Below are positions 14,351 through 28,028 of a DNA stretch of 64,000 bases, piece by piece. The notes under the pieces are model-generated. The model ran no database searches, was not told the origin of the DNA, and saw nothing but the letters and a program-made list of their open reading frames with translations. Source of the stretch: the human T2T-CHM13v2.0 reference genome, Homo sapiens. Position numbers and translations under genes: made by a program. Numbering within the stretch: position 1 is the first letter of the stretch; each line of letters opens with the position of its first letter. The stretch lies in NCBI RefSeq assembly GCF_009914755.1, contig NC_060928.1; one strand, written 5' to 3'.

Positions 14351-14732
14351 TGTGGAGGTTGCAACTAGGAGATGTTACCTGAAATTATAATCCATTAAGG
14401 ACAAACAGTATGAGCAACCTTTGAGGCAAGCTTATGAATTTCTGAAATGGAAGTCTTACAAATATACAGTCCAGATCAAAATGTAATACCCAACACATTA
14501 AGACTATTTTATCGGCACAAGCAGAAGCAGTACAATCATAATAGGTACCATCTACTGAGTTCTTAAGTCAAATTACATGTCAAACGCCTTACAGCTATTA
14601 TTCAACTAATTTTTATAGATATTTTGTGATGAACCACAAAGATATGGTGGTAAGCAAAGTAGATCTACTTCACTCTCATTTTAGAGCTTACAGAATGATT
14701 GCAGAGCAAATATTACCCAAATAATCACACAA

Positions 14733-14915
14733 ATGTGTATATATGTATATGTGTGTGTATGGCATATACATGTATTATGAATACACACAAATATTACATA
14801 TCACATGCTGTATGTATGGTATACATATATAAATCTATATTACATAGACTCCATAGCATACCTAGGCATGCATACATACATATTTCCATGTGTATACATT
14901 TCCATGTATAATTAT
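14733..14915. repeat. Degenerate (TA/TG/CA)n low-complexity tract
   Basis: Alternating purine-pyrimidine sequence visible directly. Confidence 0.8.
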
Positions 14916-15389
14916 GTTTAAATCATATGAATATGGTTATATTTGTCTCTAACCTCAAAAACAGTCAGTGCATATGGTTCAAGTTCACAAATTTTAGTTG
15001 AGATGGAGGAAATGCTTTTTCAGTCTTTAGTTCAGATGGAGGGAGTTTCTAACCCTCCTAACTTTTTTTGCCTTCTCTGCATTCCACTCCACACCTTCAG
15101 CCTGTGATAGGTCAGTAATTTATTTTTTGGTGGTTTGGAAGGAGGCACTGGCCCGATGATCCCTTCTCCTTCATCTCCTCTTTCTTTTTGTGTGGGCTGC
15201 CCTCAGAAAGCCAGAATTCTGTGTTGCTCTTCCAAGCTATAAGACCTATGGGAAGTTTGGATCTAACCATAGCTTCCAGAGCCTGACATGCCTAAAATTA
15301 ATAAAAGAAGTATTGAATTACTCTTCTGCTTGATTCTTGTCTGTCTGTCCATTCATTTCAAACCAGGTACCACAAACATTTGTGGTAAA

Positions 15390-15790
15390 TATTAAAAACA
15401 ACATTATATGCTACAGAAAAATAAGGAGAAGGGATGATTTTTGATTGGTAAATATGAAAAGTCCTTTTAAAGCAAGTGACATTTAAACTGAGATGTGAAG
15501 GCTGGGTGGGAGGGAGCTATGTGTGCTGTGAGGAGGAGGGCGGAGATGTGTTCTAGGCAAAAAAGAGAATTTGTGAAACCTTGGAGGCAGCAAAAAGCAG
15601 GAACTTCGGAGGAACTGAAAAAGAAAAAAAGCTTTCAGCTAGATAGTGAATAGAGTAGACAAGATGAAGTTGGATGTACAGGTAGCTACATCATGTAGGG
15701 CCTTAGAGGCCATGTTCAGGGGTGGAGATTTTATCAAAAGGACAATAGAAAGTCATTGAGTGGATTTAAGAGGGGACAATGTAATTCACT
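15390..15790 (-). mobile_element. L2 LINE fragment
   Basis: GACATTTAAACTGAGATGTGAAGG, CATGTAGGGCCTTAGAGGCCATG and AAGTCATTGAGTGGATTTAAG are typical antisense L2 motifs. Confidence 0.75.
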
Positions 15791-18142
15791 TTATTTCCTT
15801 ACCTTATAAAATCTTCAAAATAACCTTTAATGAAAGATACTGTTATTATGCCCATATTTCAGCTAAACACATGGAGATGCAGGGAGATTAAATTTCAAAT
15901 GCATTACTAGATAGCTCATATATGATTTCAGGGCCATCTTTTCACCCACTCTACCATAGTGGCATACCATGTGTGCAAAGAAGTCCACAGTCGTCTAATC
16001 TATAGAATTGTCATGGCATATGAGCATTTATAGACCATAACATAACAGATAATACATAGGAATAATTAATCTTTTTGAGGTCTTCATAAAATTATTTTGT
16101 ATTTATAATTCAATACTTCTGGGTTTAGAGAAATAAAAAGGACATCCAGTGAATTCATCCTTCCATTTTCTACAGTCGAATTCTAAGCAATTAGGGAAGA
16201 TTTAATTTGTTTTAATGTGAGATGCCCCTTTTGTTTTATATAAACAAATTCAATAATTATCCCCAAACCAAGTAACTAAAAATAGATTGGAGGAAGGGGA
16301 ACAGAGAATAAGAATATGTCAGCACTTCATGAAAATTTTTTGGTAGATTGGACAGTAAAGATGCTAACCTAATTACTTTCCCTGTAGCTAGTTCCAGAAA
16401 TTGACACGATTTAAAAAGACATTAATCATTGACTTAATGTACAGTGTGTACATCAGTTGCTAGTAACTTGTATGCCAGTGAAATCTGCTGTTCTTACTTT
16501 AGAAAACAAAAATCCATATATCCTGTTTTTCTATCTGAAAAGGTAGCGTTCTCAATTTCTCTAAAACACATTTTTTTTAGAAAAGGTATCTATCTGCCAT
16601 TTGATCATTTTTCTATGTGTGAAATATGACATACCATCTCGGTTATGCTGAACAGCAGGTGCGCAGAGCTTCAAAGGCCTAACTCACAGGTTTGCATTTC
16701 CTTCACTCCACATGGCTTCTGTGGCATCCTGTGTCATGTTTTGTGTTCTTTCCTGTGGAAACTCTCATACCCACATTACTTCAGTCTAGTTTAGCAATCA
16801 GAAAACATGGTGTCTGCCCAGTAGATTTTGCAAACATTTTAAGGAAACTGTGGTAGTCATGCTTGATTGAACTGTTCTTTCTTTCACTTATAAAGGAACT
16901 ACTGCTCATGCCTTCATTCAGCCATGAATGCTTGGCTTTTTAAAAACAGTTTCTAGGACACTAAAAAAAGGAGATTTTTGTTTTTCATTCATCTCCAAAA
17001 AAAAAAAAAAAAACAAAACGAAACAGCATAGGAAATACTCCTTTTATTCTCTGGGTGAAGACAGTTTTTACAAAGCAATTTTTTTAATAAAAGAAAGCAA
17101 CTTAATTTATTAGATTATCTTTATAATCTACAGAGTGAACTTCTAAATAAAAAGCAAAACATTTGAATAATTATTAGATGGGTAAATGTTTTATTGAGAC
17201 AGCAGAATTGAACAGGGAACAATGAAATATAAAGAACTGAAGTTTTTCTTTTATTGTCCCTTCCAAACTGTGCTTCTGAACTTACACTTCTCCTGCCCCC
17301 AAATGAAATATAGGGTGGGTCTCCTAGGTCTTCTCATCTGTGTCAATGACAAGAAAATTTATATTATAAAAGTGTCTGGTCTAATCTAGTATGCAAGACT
17401 ATCTCTAGTATAGTTCATTCATTATAAAGCCTACTGTACTCAGTCACCACCCCTCTCTTACAAGCCTACTTTAAATTGGAAAGCCTGTCTCGCTTGTTTC
17501 GGTGTGGTGAGTGAAATGGAGAAGGCTAAACTTTTTCTTCCCACATGCTCACTTCCTCGCTTGTTCGCTAGCTGCTGCATCTGGCCCCTCAAGGGTAAAG
17601 TCAAGGGGAAAAGGAGATTGAGAGGAAGGACAGTCTGTGAATTGGTGAGTGCAATTGTAATTTTCTGGCGCTTACTTTCTCTTTTCTACTCCATCCCCCA
17701 CCCACCACCGGCCAACCACTGCTAGAGTCCGGAGTCCTCCAGCTGCTCCTGAGATTCTGGGAATACTTCCTCTCTAGCAGCAGCTTTTAACATCCCTCTT
17801 GGGTCCCTTTTTGGTGCATTAAGTTTCTTTAATAAATTAAGTGTCCCCAGAGGCCTACTGCAATCTTCTCTCATAGTCCCTACAGCCTCTAGTAAAGTTC
17901 AAGATACACTGCTGGCATTTGCCTCTGATGTGTGAATTGATGTCCTACCTTCTTCAGTGCTGAACCTCAAACTTGCTTTGCACACTATATCTGGCATAAA
18001 CTAAGAATAAGAGATAAGAGCCTTTGGCCAAGTATATCATTCAGGAGACTGGAGTTAGAAAAAAACAAGCCACTACATCAACAAGGCTGGAGTTTTTTAT
18101 TATTAAAGGAGTGTGTGCATACACGTATGTGTGGGTAGTCAT

Positions 18143-18744
<602 letters not shown>

Positions 18745-18745
<1 letters not shown>

Positions 18746-18930
18746 CTATCTTTTTCAATCCTCACAGCAACTCCATGAATTAGATTCTATTACTAGCCTC
18801 ATTTTATAAATGAGGGTATTTAGGAGGTTTAAGAGTTAACTTGCTTAAGGTCACCTACTTTGTAAACAGTAGAGCTGGAACTCAAGTTTAGTATCACTGT
18901 CAGATGCATAGCTTAGCTCACTGTAATTAC
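18745..18930 (-). mobile_element. MIR SINE
   Basis: AATCCTCACAGCAACTCCATGA...CATTTTATAAATGAGG...AACTTGCTTAAGGTCAC...AGAGCTGGAACTCAA. Confidence 0.82.
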
Positions 18931-20289
18931 CATATCAGACCAACTCCCTATGGGACTGGAGTTTATTAGTTTAAATAGTGACTGGAGCTAGACTATTAAA
19001 ATGGCTTCTTGCATCCATAGCCAAAAGTTAGCCCAGATAACAGACTTCAACAGCAGCTTTCATCTATGCTATTGATAGAAATCTTTCACTGAGTGTGGTG
19101 TGTCCTGGGTATAGGCCTTCACACGATGATAATTTTCTTACTAAACAATGTGAAACAATAACAAGAGCCACGTCTTCAAAGCATTCCATCCACTCCCTCA
19201 CATATCTTCTCATGTATCAATAATATAGCCAATAATTACTGATTGGAATTTCTTTTGACAAATTTGTAATTTAGTTATGATTTCTCAGAATCTAGCTATG
19301 CATTCTGAATTCTAATTTTCAATTAGGTTCCTTGTGGCATCATTGAGCATTGAAAATAATTTTATGACTTGTAACAGCTCATGAGAAAATAAATGGGTTC
19401 AGTCAATAACATTACCAGGCAGGTCATCCACAAGCCACAATAATATCATGGAGAATTCAAAGCAAATGGATTTGCTTACTAGGCAAGATAGCATGTCAAA
19501 GCCTTGAACAAATTAAGGTTCTTGGCTATTAGGCCTACAGGGACCTCAGTTGCAAGGTTCAGTGAGGGCAAAAGCCAGAACTGGGACTGAGGGCAGAACC
19601 TTGCAATAGTGATTATTTTAATGCATAGTGTCTAAGGGTGTTTAAGGAGCAAGAAATAGATCCAAGAAAACATCTGACTAATGGTTAATCTGTTGGGACA
19701 GTTATGTCAGCAGAAACCCATGAGGCTTTCCAATGACCTTCCTTAAGCCAATCAAACAATAAGCATTTCCAAACTACGGTTTTATATTAGGTATATGTAG
19801 TGCTTTATAAAAACAAGAGCTACTTGATCATGTAATCCTAGAAAATCCTTCAATCAATACTCTTTTCTGGAGATCTGTGGCTTACCTTCACCATGTTAAA
19901 GTCTTCAAGGGATTCCTGCTGGAAAGAAAGCTGTTTAATCTTGTTTAGTTTAGCATTTCCCAAATGTATATGATCAGGAAACCATCTTTTTGTACAATGT
20001 GTTTAGTTTACTGAACCACATTTTGAAAAAAAAATGGTCCAATATAATTAGGGAATCTCATAGCCAATAGGTAGCAGTCACAGAAGATTACTGAATATTA
20101 CTTCTTGCAGCAAAGCTATTGAAAACTTTCTGGTGGGCATGAATTAAGACTAAATGATCATTAAAATGTTACCAGCAGGCAGATATTCTAGATGTCTGTT
20201 CAAAGTCCATAGACTTCAAGCTAGAAGTAGGGCTAACAAGCTCATTTGAGAATTATAGAGCCCCTACAATATGGGCCTCTGTAGGTCAA

Positions 20290-20326
20290 TTCTATGAAGA
20301 GTTGGATTGACCAACTCTTCATAGAA
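20290..20326. repeat. Perfect 16-bp inverted repeat with 5-nt spacer
   Basis: TTCTATGAAGAGTTGG-ATTGA-CCAACTCTTCATAGAA. Confidence 0.95.
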
Positions 20327-20784
20327 ATGAAATGAGAAAGTCCCTAAGGATAAATCTAAAACATTTACTTAAAAATTAATCGTGAATGCAATCTTCTCAC
20401 AGCCAATTAGTAGTTAAGATCATAAAGCTCTATCCTATGGAAAAATTTAACCTAGAAAATTTGTTAATGGATGGTAACAAATGTCAATAAAAGTCCTAAA
20501 AGATATCACTGTAAGTATCCTTAGGACACGCAGTCTTGAAAAACATAACTTCCAAAGAAACTTTTGAGATAGTTATTTCCCAAAAATACATCTGTATAAC
20601 TGAACGGGTTGAAATACTGCTTTAATAATACTACCTCCTATTTGGGAAGGCTTATTTTGTGTCAAGTGTAGAGGCGTGCACTTAAGTGGATTAACTATCT
20701 TAACCCTCATAGCAACCCCACATTTTCTTCATTTTTTAAAAAATATTTTGTTTATTATGCCTAAAACTCAGCTTTTTCTTAATT

Positions 20785-21100
20785 CTTTTTTTTCAATTTT
20801 TTTATTTTTTTGAGACAGGGTCTCACCGTGTTTCCCAGGCTGAAGTACAGTGTTGTGATATCAGTTCATTGCAACTTCTGTCTTCTGAGCTCAAGCAATC
20901 CTCTTGCCTCAGCCTCTCAAGTAGCTGGGACTGACTACAGGCATGAACCACCACACCTGGCTAATTTTTTTTGTATTTTTGTCGAAAAGACAGTTTCGCC
21001 ATGTTGTACAGGTTAGTCTCAAACTCCTGAGCTCAAGCTATCCACCCACCTAGGCCTTCCAAAGTGTTGGGATTACAGGTGTGAGCTACTGTGCCCAGCT
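20785..21100 (-). mobile_element. AluJ inserted in a MIR
   Basis: J diagnostics (GAGACAGGGTCTCAC, GCTCAAGCAATCCTC); TSD-like GCAACCC..ATTTT at about 20712 and 21101; MIR pieces on both sides. Confidence 0.92.
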
Positions 21101-21371
21101 GCAACCCATATTTTATAGAAGGGATAGGAACCTGAGGCTAAGAGAATTTAAGTAATTTGCTCAAAATCAAAAGGGGAGTAAGTAGTTAGGCCAAAATTAA
21201 CCATTCTATTTAATAGTCCAGTATAGGATATTTATGTATATGAGTTTTATAAGTTAACAAAATTGTTTGGATGCAGCAACAAAGGACAATACAACAGTTA
21301 CCTAAATAAGAAGTTTATTCTCTCTTAGTTCATGTAAGTAGTCTAGGACTAGATCCAGCTCTTTCTATCTC

Positions 21372-21708
21372 TTAGAGACTGACTGTATTCCTCACAATTC
21401 AAAGTTGGAGTCCTTATACCCAATGTTATGATATTAGATATAGGAAAGTGATTAGGTCATGAGAATAGAGCCCTCATGAATGAGATTAGAGCCCTTATAA
21501 AAGAGACCCCAGAGAACTATTGGGCCCTCTTTCTTCCATGTGAGGATACAAGGTGAAATCAGCAGTCTGCAGGCAGGAAGAGAGCCCTCACCGATACCCA
21601 ACCATGCTGGCATCCCAATTCTAGACTTCCAGCCTCCAGAACTGTGAGACATAAATTTCTGTCATTTAAGCCACCCAGTCTATAGTACTTTGTTTTAGCA
21701 GCCTGACA
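21372..21708 (+). mobile_element. MLT1A-type MaLR solo LTR
   Basis: TTAGGTCATGAGAATAGAGCCCTCATGAATGAGATTAG, ACTTCCAGCCTCCAGAACTGTGAGACATAAATTTCTG, TTTAAGCCACCCAGTCTATAGTA. Confidence 0.9.
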
Positions 21709-21710
21709 AC

Positions 21711-22135
21711 ATAGCCAACCAGCCAGCCTCTCCGCCAGCCTAACATCCATGTTCTCAGCCAGCCTCCTAGCCAGCCTCTGGATCTGCCAGCCATCCAGAC
21801 GGACTTTCAGCCAGTGAGCCATCCTCTCAGCCTGCCTCCAAGTCAGCCTCTCGGCCTATCTGCCAGAAAGCCTCTAAGCCAGCCAACTTGGTGGCCACCA
21901 CCAAGCCAGCCTCTTTGCCAGCCTCACATCTAGTCCCTTGGCCAACCTCCCAGACATCTTCTTAGCCAGCTAGCCATCCTGCTTCTCCGCCTGCCTCCCA
22001 GCCAAACTTTTGGTCTGCTGGCAATCCAGTCTCTCAGCCAGCCGTGCAGGCTCTCAACCTGCCTTCCTGCCAGCTTCTTGCCTGCTGGACAGACTCTAAA
22101 CCAGCCAATTTGCCAGCCAGCCATCAAGCCTATCA
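21711..22135. repeat. Degenerate CAGC-rich array, apparent 12-mer unit CAGCCAGCCTCT
   Basis: GCCAGCC(TCT) recurs throughout about 420 bp. Confidence 0.85.
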
Positions 22136-22149
22136 ACATGCAGCATATA

Positions 22150-22425
22150 TCCTATGGCCAAATATGTCTACTCTAGTTCTTACCATTACATCCCCTTCTC
22201 AGTTGGAAGGAAAGAAGAAAGGACACAGTATACACTTCTATAGACCAGAACTAGAAGTTGTTCATTACATTTACCCATATTCTATAGACTAGACCTTAAT
22301 CAAATGGCTACGTCCAACTTCAAAGGAGGCAGAAAAATGAAATCCTTATTCTGGGCATTCATGTACTCTGTTAAATTCCAGGGTTCTGTTACTAAGAGAA
22401 TAAAAGGAGGATATCTATTTGGGGA
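22150..22425 (-). mobile_element. Old MLT1 (J/K-like) LTR fragment; other part at about 21270-21370
   Basis: CCAGAACTAGAAGTTG..CAAATGGCTACGTCCAACTTCAAAGGAGGCAGAAAAATG..GGGTTCTGTTACTAAG. Confidence 0.65.
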
Positions 22426-22426
22426 T

Positions 22427-22516
22427 TTTATATATATATATTATATATATTATATATATATAATATATATATAATATATACATATTATATATATATATAC
22501 ACATACATATACATAT
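22427..22516. repeat. Imperfect (TA)n microsatellite
   Basis: Direct inspection. Confidence 0.92.
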
Positions 22517-22861
22517 GCAGAGTCCCAACTGGCAGTTTTTATCATAGAATCATCCACTTCTAGGCTAAACATGAATGTTCTATCAAATATTTTGATTTAG
22601 CTTTGAAGTAGTTAATACTAGGCAATCCTTACTGCTAGAAATTGAATAGCAAGGCTTTTTGCCTGGGATGGCACAAAGCTTGGGTCAATAGAAAATTATT
22701 TGTTAACAAGAATAGGAGAGTGTTGATTTTTCTGTGATCATGATGGAAAGTGCATCCAACTTCTTCAAAAGTAATATAAAGTCATTGGAAACTAGTTGCT
22801 GTTCCATCTAGAGATAACAAATACCTCCTATATTGCTGTGGTGCTATTAAGATGTAGACTG

Positions 22862-23055
22862 TGGTTACTAGGGCTTGTGGGGGACCAGGAGGAGGGAGAG
22901 CATCAGGATAAATAGCTAATCCATGGGGGACTTAATACCTAGGTGATGGGTTGATAGGTACAGCAAACCACCATGGCCCATGTTTACCTATGTAACAAAC
23001 CTGCACATCCTGCACACGTAAACCAGAACTCAAAATTAACTTAAATTTAAAAAAA
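22862..23055 (+). mobile_element. L1PA 3' terminal fragment
   Basis: GGAGGGAGAGCATCAGGATAAATAGCTAAT..ACCTAGGTGATGGGTTGATAGG..ACCTATGTAACAAACCTGCACATCCTGCAC. Confidence 0.9.
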
Positions 23056-24396
23056 TTTGTTATGTTGGAAAGAGAAAAAATAAAATGCAGAAAACAAGCA
23101 AAAAAATTTTAACTGTGGATTGTGTTAAAGCCTGAAAGATCTACACTGAGCCCATGCAGATGAGTCCATGAATAATACATGTCTGCAAGGGTCAAGGAGT
23201 AGTCATGATCACTATTGACAATCAATGGATTAATAGATTAAATGAATCATAAATAAGAAAATATAAATAATATGCTATTCACTAATTAAAACAGTCACAT
23301 TGTAGGCAATAAAGAACAGTTATTCTAACTAAAAATATAAACGCACATGTGAAAACCGTCAGGCTATCTATGAGATTGTCTATAAGATTAACTTGGACTA
23401 CATGTGAGAGAAAAATCAACATAACAGCAACCCATTCCAAAGTCCATGAAGATAGAATACATCAAAAACATTTTATAGACATTTCCATTAAAAGTCATTT
23501 TCTTTTGAAGATACATATACAAAAACAACTACGGAACAACAAAAAAAATTATTGCAAATATTGTAATACTAAAAGCAAATGGCTCAATGTTGAAGACTAA
23601 TGTTTTCCCACATTTTGCTTACTTTAACTAATAAACACTAACTTACAGGGAATTTACCACTTTAAGAAAAATGAGTCAATTAAAAAGAGCCCCTTTATAT
23701 GGCTTCGACTTATATAGAGTTCTAATGTCATTTTCTGTATTTTCATCTCTCTTTCTTTTATTTTTTTACCTTGTCAAATATTTTTCCATGCATTCACTTT
23801 GGGAGGAGCACTGTAAATAACTACAGCTCTCTTGTTTAGTACTAGAGAGCTTTTAAATCCCTTCGTATGTAATTTTCATTTACTTCTTACATTAGTAACT
23901 TTCATTTACTTACTAATGCTTATTAATACAAAGTACAATGTCTTAGAATGTCTGAAGGTCAATGTTTCTGAATTTTCTCCTGTTTTGTAAAATCCAGAAG
24001 TCCTGATTTGTAATATTTTTAACTGACGAGCATTCTCCTGCATTCTGCAGCCTTCAAGAAGCACCGAATGTAATTAACAAGTTCACTGGACCCAGCAATA
24101 CCATTTCAAAATGTGTAGGTTTCTGTTTCTTAGGAGATCATGCAAACACAGTGATACTCTTTAACAAATAGAAGATGTATTCTTTTCTAAATGTTATAAA
24201 AACTTGGATTTTTAGGCAGAATTTTAATACAGAAATTTTTATACAGAATCCTAAGCGTTATGGGCTACATGAGTATATTTTATATTTGTAGTGATGGTCT
24301 CAGCTTGAAACTTAGATATTTTCACTTTTGGACATAGATAAATCTGAGCACATCTGGAGAATCAATTCTAGTGGTTTTGAAAATATTTTTGTATTA

Positions 24397-24948
<552 letters not shown>

Positions 24949-25344
24949 TTAATATTAGTAGCTTGACTGATAATCCCTGTTTTTATCCTCTGCTTTCCAG
25001 GATGCAAAAATCACAAGGCTCAGCTAGGTACATTTGTAGGTGCTCATGCTCTTTTAATTTTTTGACAAAATTTTGGCTCTACATATCATACATTGTGAAA
25101 CAGTAGGATGAATTATTACACTGAGAAACTACAAATGAGGTACTTCATATTGCACGTGAGGTATTTTAATTTCGGTAACTTCTGGTCAAATTTCATTCTC
25201 GCATTTGGTATTTGAAACAAATGAATTCTGCTTGCTTTAATCCAAAATAGACGATATTGGACTCTGAATCCAAACTGCATAGATCTTAATCCCTGGGCTA
25301 GGCCTAAATTGCCTATTCCTTCAACACATGTTTATTACCCTTGT

Positions 25345-25905
25345 GCTATATCAGTCAAGTTTCAGGCAGAGGAGGAAAGTCCCTATGTGTTCTAGGAAAA
25401 AGGACTCATTATAGGAATTAGACTTTATACAATGGTGGAAGGAACTAGAAGGTGTGGGAGGATGAGTTAAAGGATCAGAAAAGAAATTAGCAAGGAGCTA
25501 ATCTGAGAAGCCAAGTATATTCAGTTGCTAAATTTGAGCCACAAAGGGGAGCCCATAGGAAGTGCTCCCTGCAGAGACCAACTCTACAACTCTAGGGGTC
25601 CACAGCCAAATGTCTGGAAGTATGTCTTGAGGCCAGCATTGATCTTTAGGGCCAGTAGGCTGGAGGAAGACCTAGTAGCAGAGCAGAGAAAGAAGGCACA
25701 CTGGAATCTACTGAGCACCACTAATCTATCCATTACCTCCTCAGACTGCAAAACAGCTTTCACAGACTATTGTCTGCTGTGTCACTTCCAATTTTCAAAT
25801 CTTTTGCAAGCTTTTCTGTTCACTAACTCTATATTGGTAAGGGACTATATAGGTGAGGGGATTCTGGGAAACGTAGTTCTTAGTTTTACCAAGATAATGT
25901 AATAG
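25345..25905 (-). mobile_element. Old ERVL-class LTR (LTR33/41-like; subfamily uncertain)
   Basis: TATATCAGTCAAGTTTCAGGCAG start, ATAGGAATTAG, terminal GGGATTCTGGGAAACGTAGTTC; appears to split a MIR. Confidence 0.55.
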
Positions 25906-26136
25906 TGTATCATAGCCTGTTCGTGTAAGAAAATGAACTAAGTAATCTGTAAAATGGGACTCATAACAGGGTATTTGAGAAGATGAAATAACATAATGCA
26001 TGGAAAGCTTTTAACAAGTCACCTACTGAATATTCAAAAAATGATTTTAATTATTCTATATTAAACAAATAGACAAAAATGGGAAGTAATATGATTAACT
26101 TGCTCAAAGTGCATTAAAGCAATAATATGCATATTG

Positions 26137-26626
26137 CTGTGGCTCCCATGAGAATGTGCATCTCGGACCCCTGACTGCTGAGAGTGTAACTAACCAATGC
26201 CTCTAGCTGCTAAGCTCTGGAACTCATTGCCTCAGTTGCTTTAGGACCACAGTTTCTCCTTGGCTCTCAGCCAATGTCTGGGTGTGGCAGTGACACCAAG
26301 GCAGGTGTGTTGCTGGGAAACCCAGAAGTCCTTTGTGAGTAGAGATTTTTGGCTTGAGACCTCCCAGATGGCTATGTTGATCTTTTCTTAAAACCGCAGG
26401 GCTGCAGGACCCATTTAAAATGATTCCACCAAAATTAACTTCCTTCCTTGCTTCCTTCCTTCTTTCCTTTATTCCTTCCTTTCCTGTTTTTCTTTTTTAA
26501 CCAAGGTCAGACCAAGCCTTTCCCAGCTCCCACCCCTTTTCTCTCTCTGGCAGTTCCCTTAATAAATTTCTTACATGTTTAATCTGGTACAGCTATTTGC
26601 TTCTTGGATGACATGGATGAACACAA
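26137..26626 (+). mobile_element. LTR16-like ERVL LTR
   Basis: TGTGGC start, CTCAGCCAATG, GGCTTGAGACCTCCC, CCCTTAATAAATTTCTTACATG, TGCTTCTTGGA..ACA end. Confidence 0.7.
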
Positions 26627-27451
26627 CTGCGAAAGAAAAATGTTAGCACACTAAGAAAATAAGGTCTAGAACCAAAGAGGGAAAAAAAGGAAAGTTAATA
26701 AACAAATAATTAATTTAGAAAAATTGACCTCTATAATTTGATTAGACCAACAAAACTGCCTGGGTGCTAATTCTAGACCTTTTTTTTCACCACATAGAGT
26801 TTCAAGATAAGAGTTTCTTTATATAGAGTTTACACTCATAGTTCACATACCCTTCCTTCCCTAACAGAAGCCAGGCTATGTCTGGAAAGTGTACTTAGAA
26901 TGGGAAAATCCAGTTGTCCTGAGACCACACGGATGAACATCCATGGAAATTTACCTGTTCCATGCCTATGTTCTCACTCACTTCCACTAGTCTTTTGTCT
27001 AGAGTGAAGTTATCTCTGAAAGAGTATCTGAGAAAATATAGCAAGTTTTCCAAGTTCCAGGAAATCCGAGTAGGTGAAGATACGCTTCACCTCACTGTAT
27101 ATAATGCAACATTGAATGGACTGACACTTATTCTGGCCCAAAGCATAGTTGATCTAATATTTGAATAAGACTATAAAGGATAAGCTCATCTTCCTTTCTT
27201 CCATTGCTTTATCTTCTATTTCAGCTTCCATTGAGATGATCAAGAATATGCTAAGTTAGTACTCTATTGCCTAAAAGAAAATTAGTTCCCAGGAAGACAG
27301 TTTAATTTTCAAATGCTTTCACTGGATTCAATATAAGAACCAGAAAGAAATATTGATGCTTTTTCAAAGCCTCTTTTGGAGACCTTGTTCATTATATTAA
27401 TAATCCTTTACATAAAGATCTAGATGCTAAAATCATCTGTAATTCAGTACC

Positions 27452-27676
27452 TGATACCTCCCGGATGGCTAGGTTGATCACTCCTTAAAACTGCAGGGTC
27501 CATCTAAAATGCTCCCATTCAAATTTCCTTCCTTCATTCCTCCCTCCCTCCCTCCTTCCCTCCCTCCCTTCCTTCCTTCCTTCCCTTTCCTTCATTTCTT
27601 CCTTCCCTCTTTTTATTCTTCAACCAAGTTCAAACCAAGCCTTTCCCAGCTACCTCCCCTTTTCTCTCCCTGGCAG
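27452..27676 (+). repeat. Diverged direct copy of 26356-26553, including a TTCC/TCCC tract
   Basis: Shared blocks ACCTCCC(A/G)GATGGCTA, CTTAAAAC(C/T)GCAGGG, ACCAAGCCTTTCCCAGCT and CCCCTTTTCTCTC.CTGGCAG. Confidence 0.88.
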
Positions 27677-28028
27677 AAATGTTTTATACCTCCTTTCATC
27701 TAAAAATGGGACTAAGACTTTATTCTGCCATTGCCTTGATGGCCAGGAAACTCAGTGTGAAGGTCAATGCTTAAGAATGATGTTTCCACTTTCCTAGTAA
27801 TTCTTTTTCTCTTTTCCCTGTATAATTTTTTATTTGTAAAACTTTATTAGTAGTACTTATATTGTTTGTGAGTTTATTTTAGGTAAGCTTAAATAGTTGG
27901 ATTTTTTAGAGGGGATGGAAATAAGTAGGCTATAAAATTTTAAATAAATTATACATGTACGTATATATCAATGTTTACTATGCCCAAACCATGATTAAAA
28001 ATCACTGATGAAGTTTTAGAAATAAACA

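Noticed and set aside
21559-22292. ORFs over the CAGC array, and the idea of a CRISPR-like array
   Set aside because: The open frames come from low complexity, and there is no constant repeat with unique spacers; this is eukaryotic DNA.
25001-25027. Possible 27-nt micro-exon (TTTCCAG|...|GTACAT)
   Set aside because: The donor is weak and nothing else supports it; such matches are common by chance.
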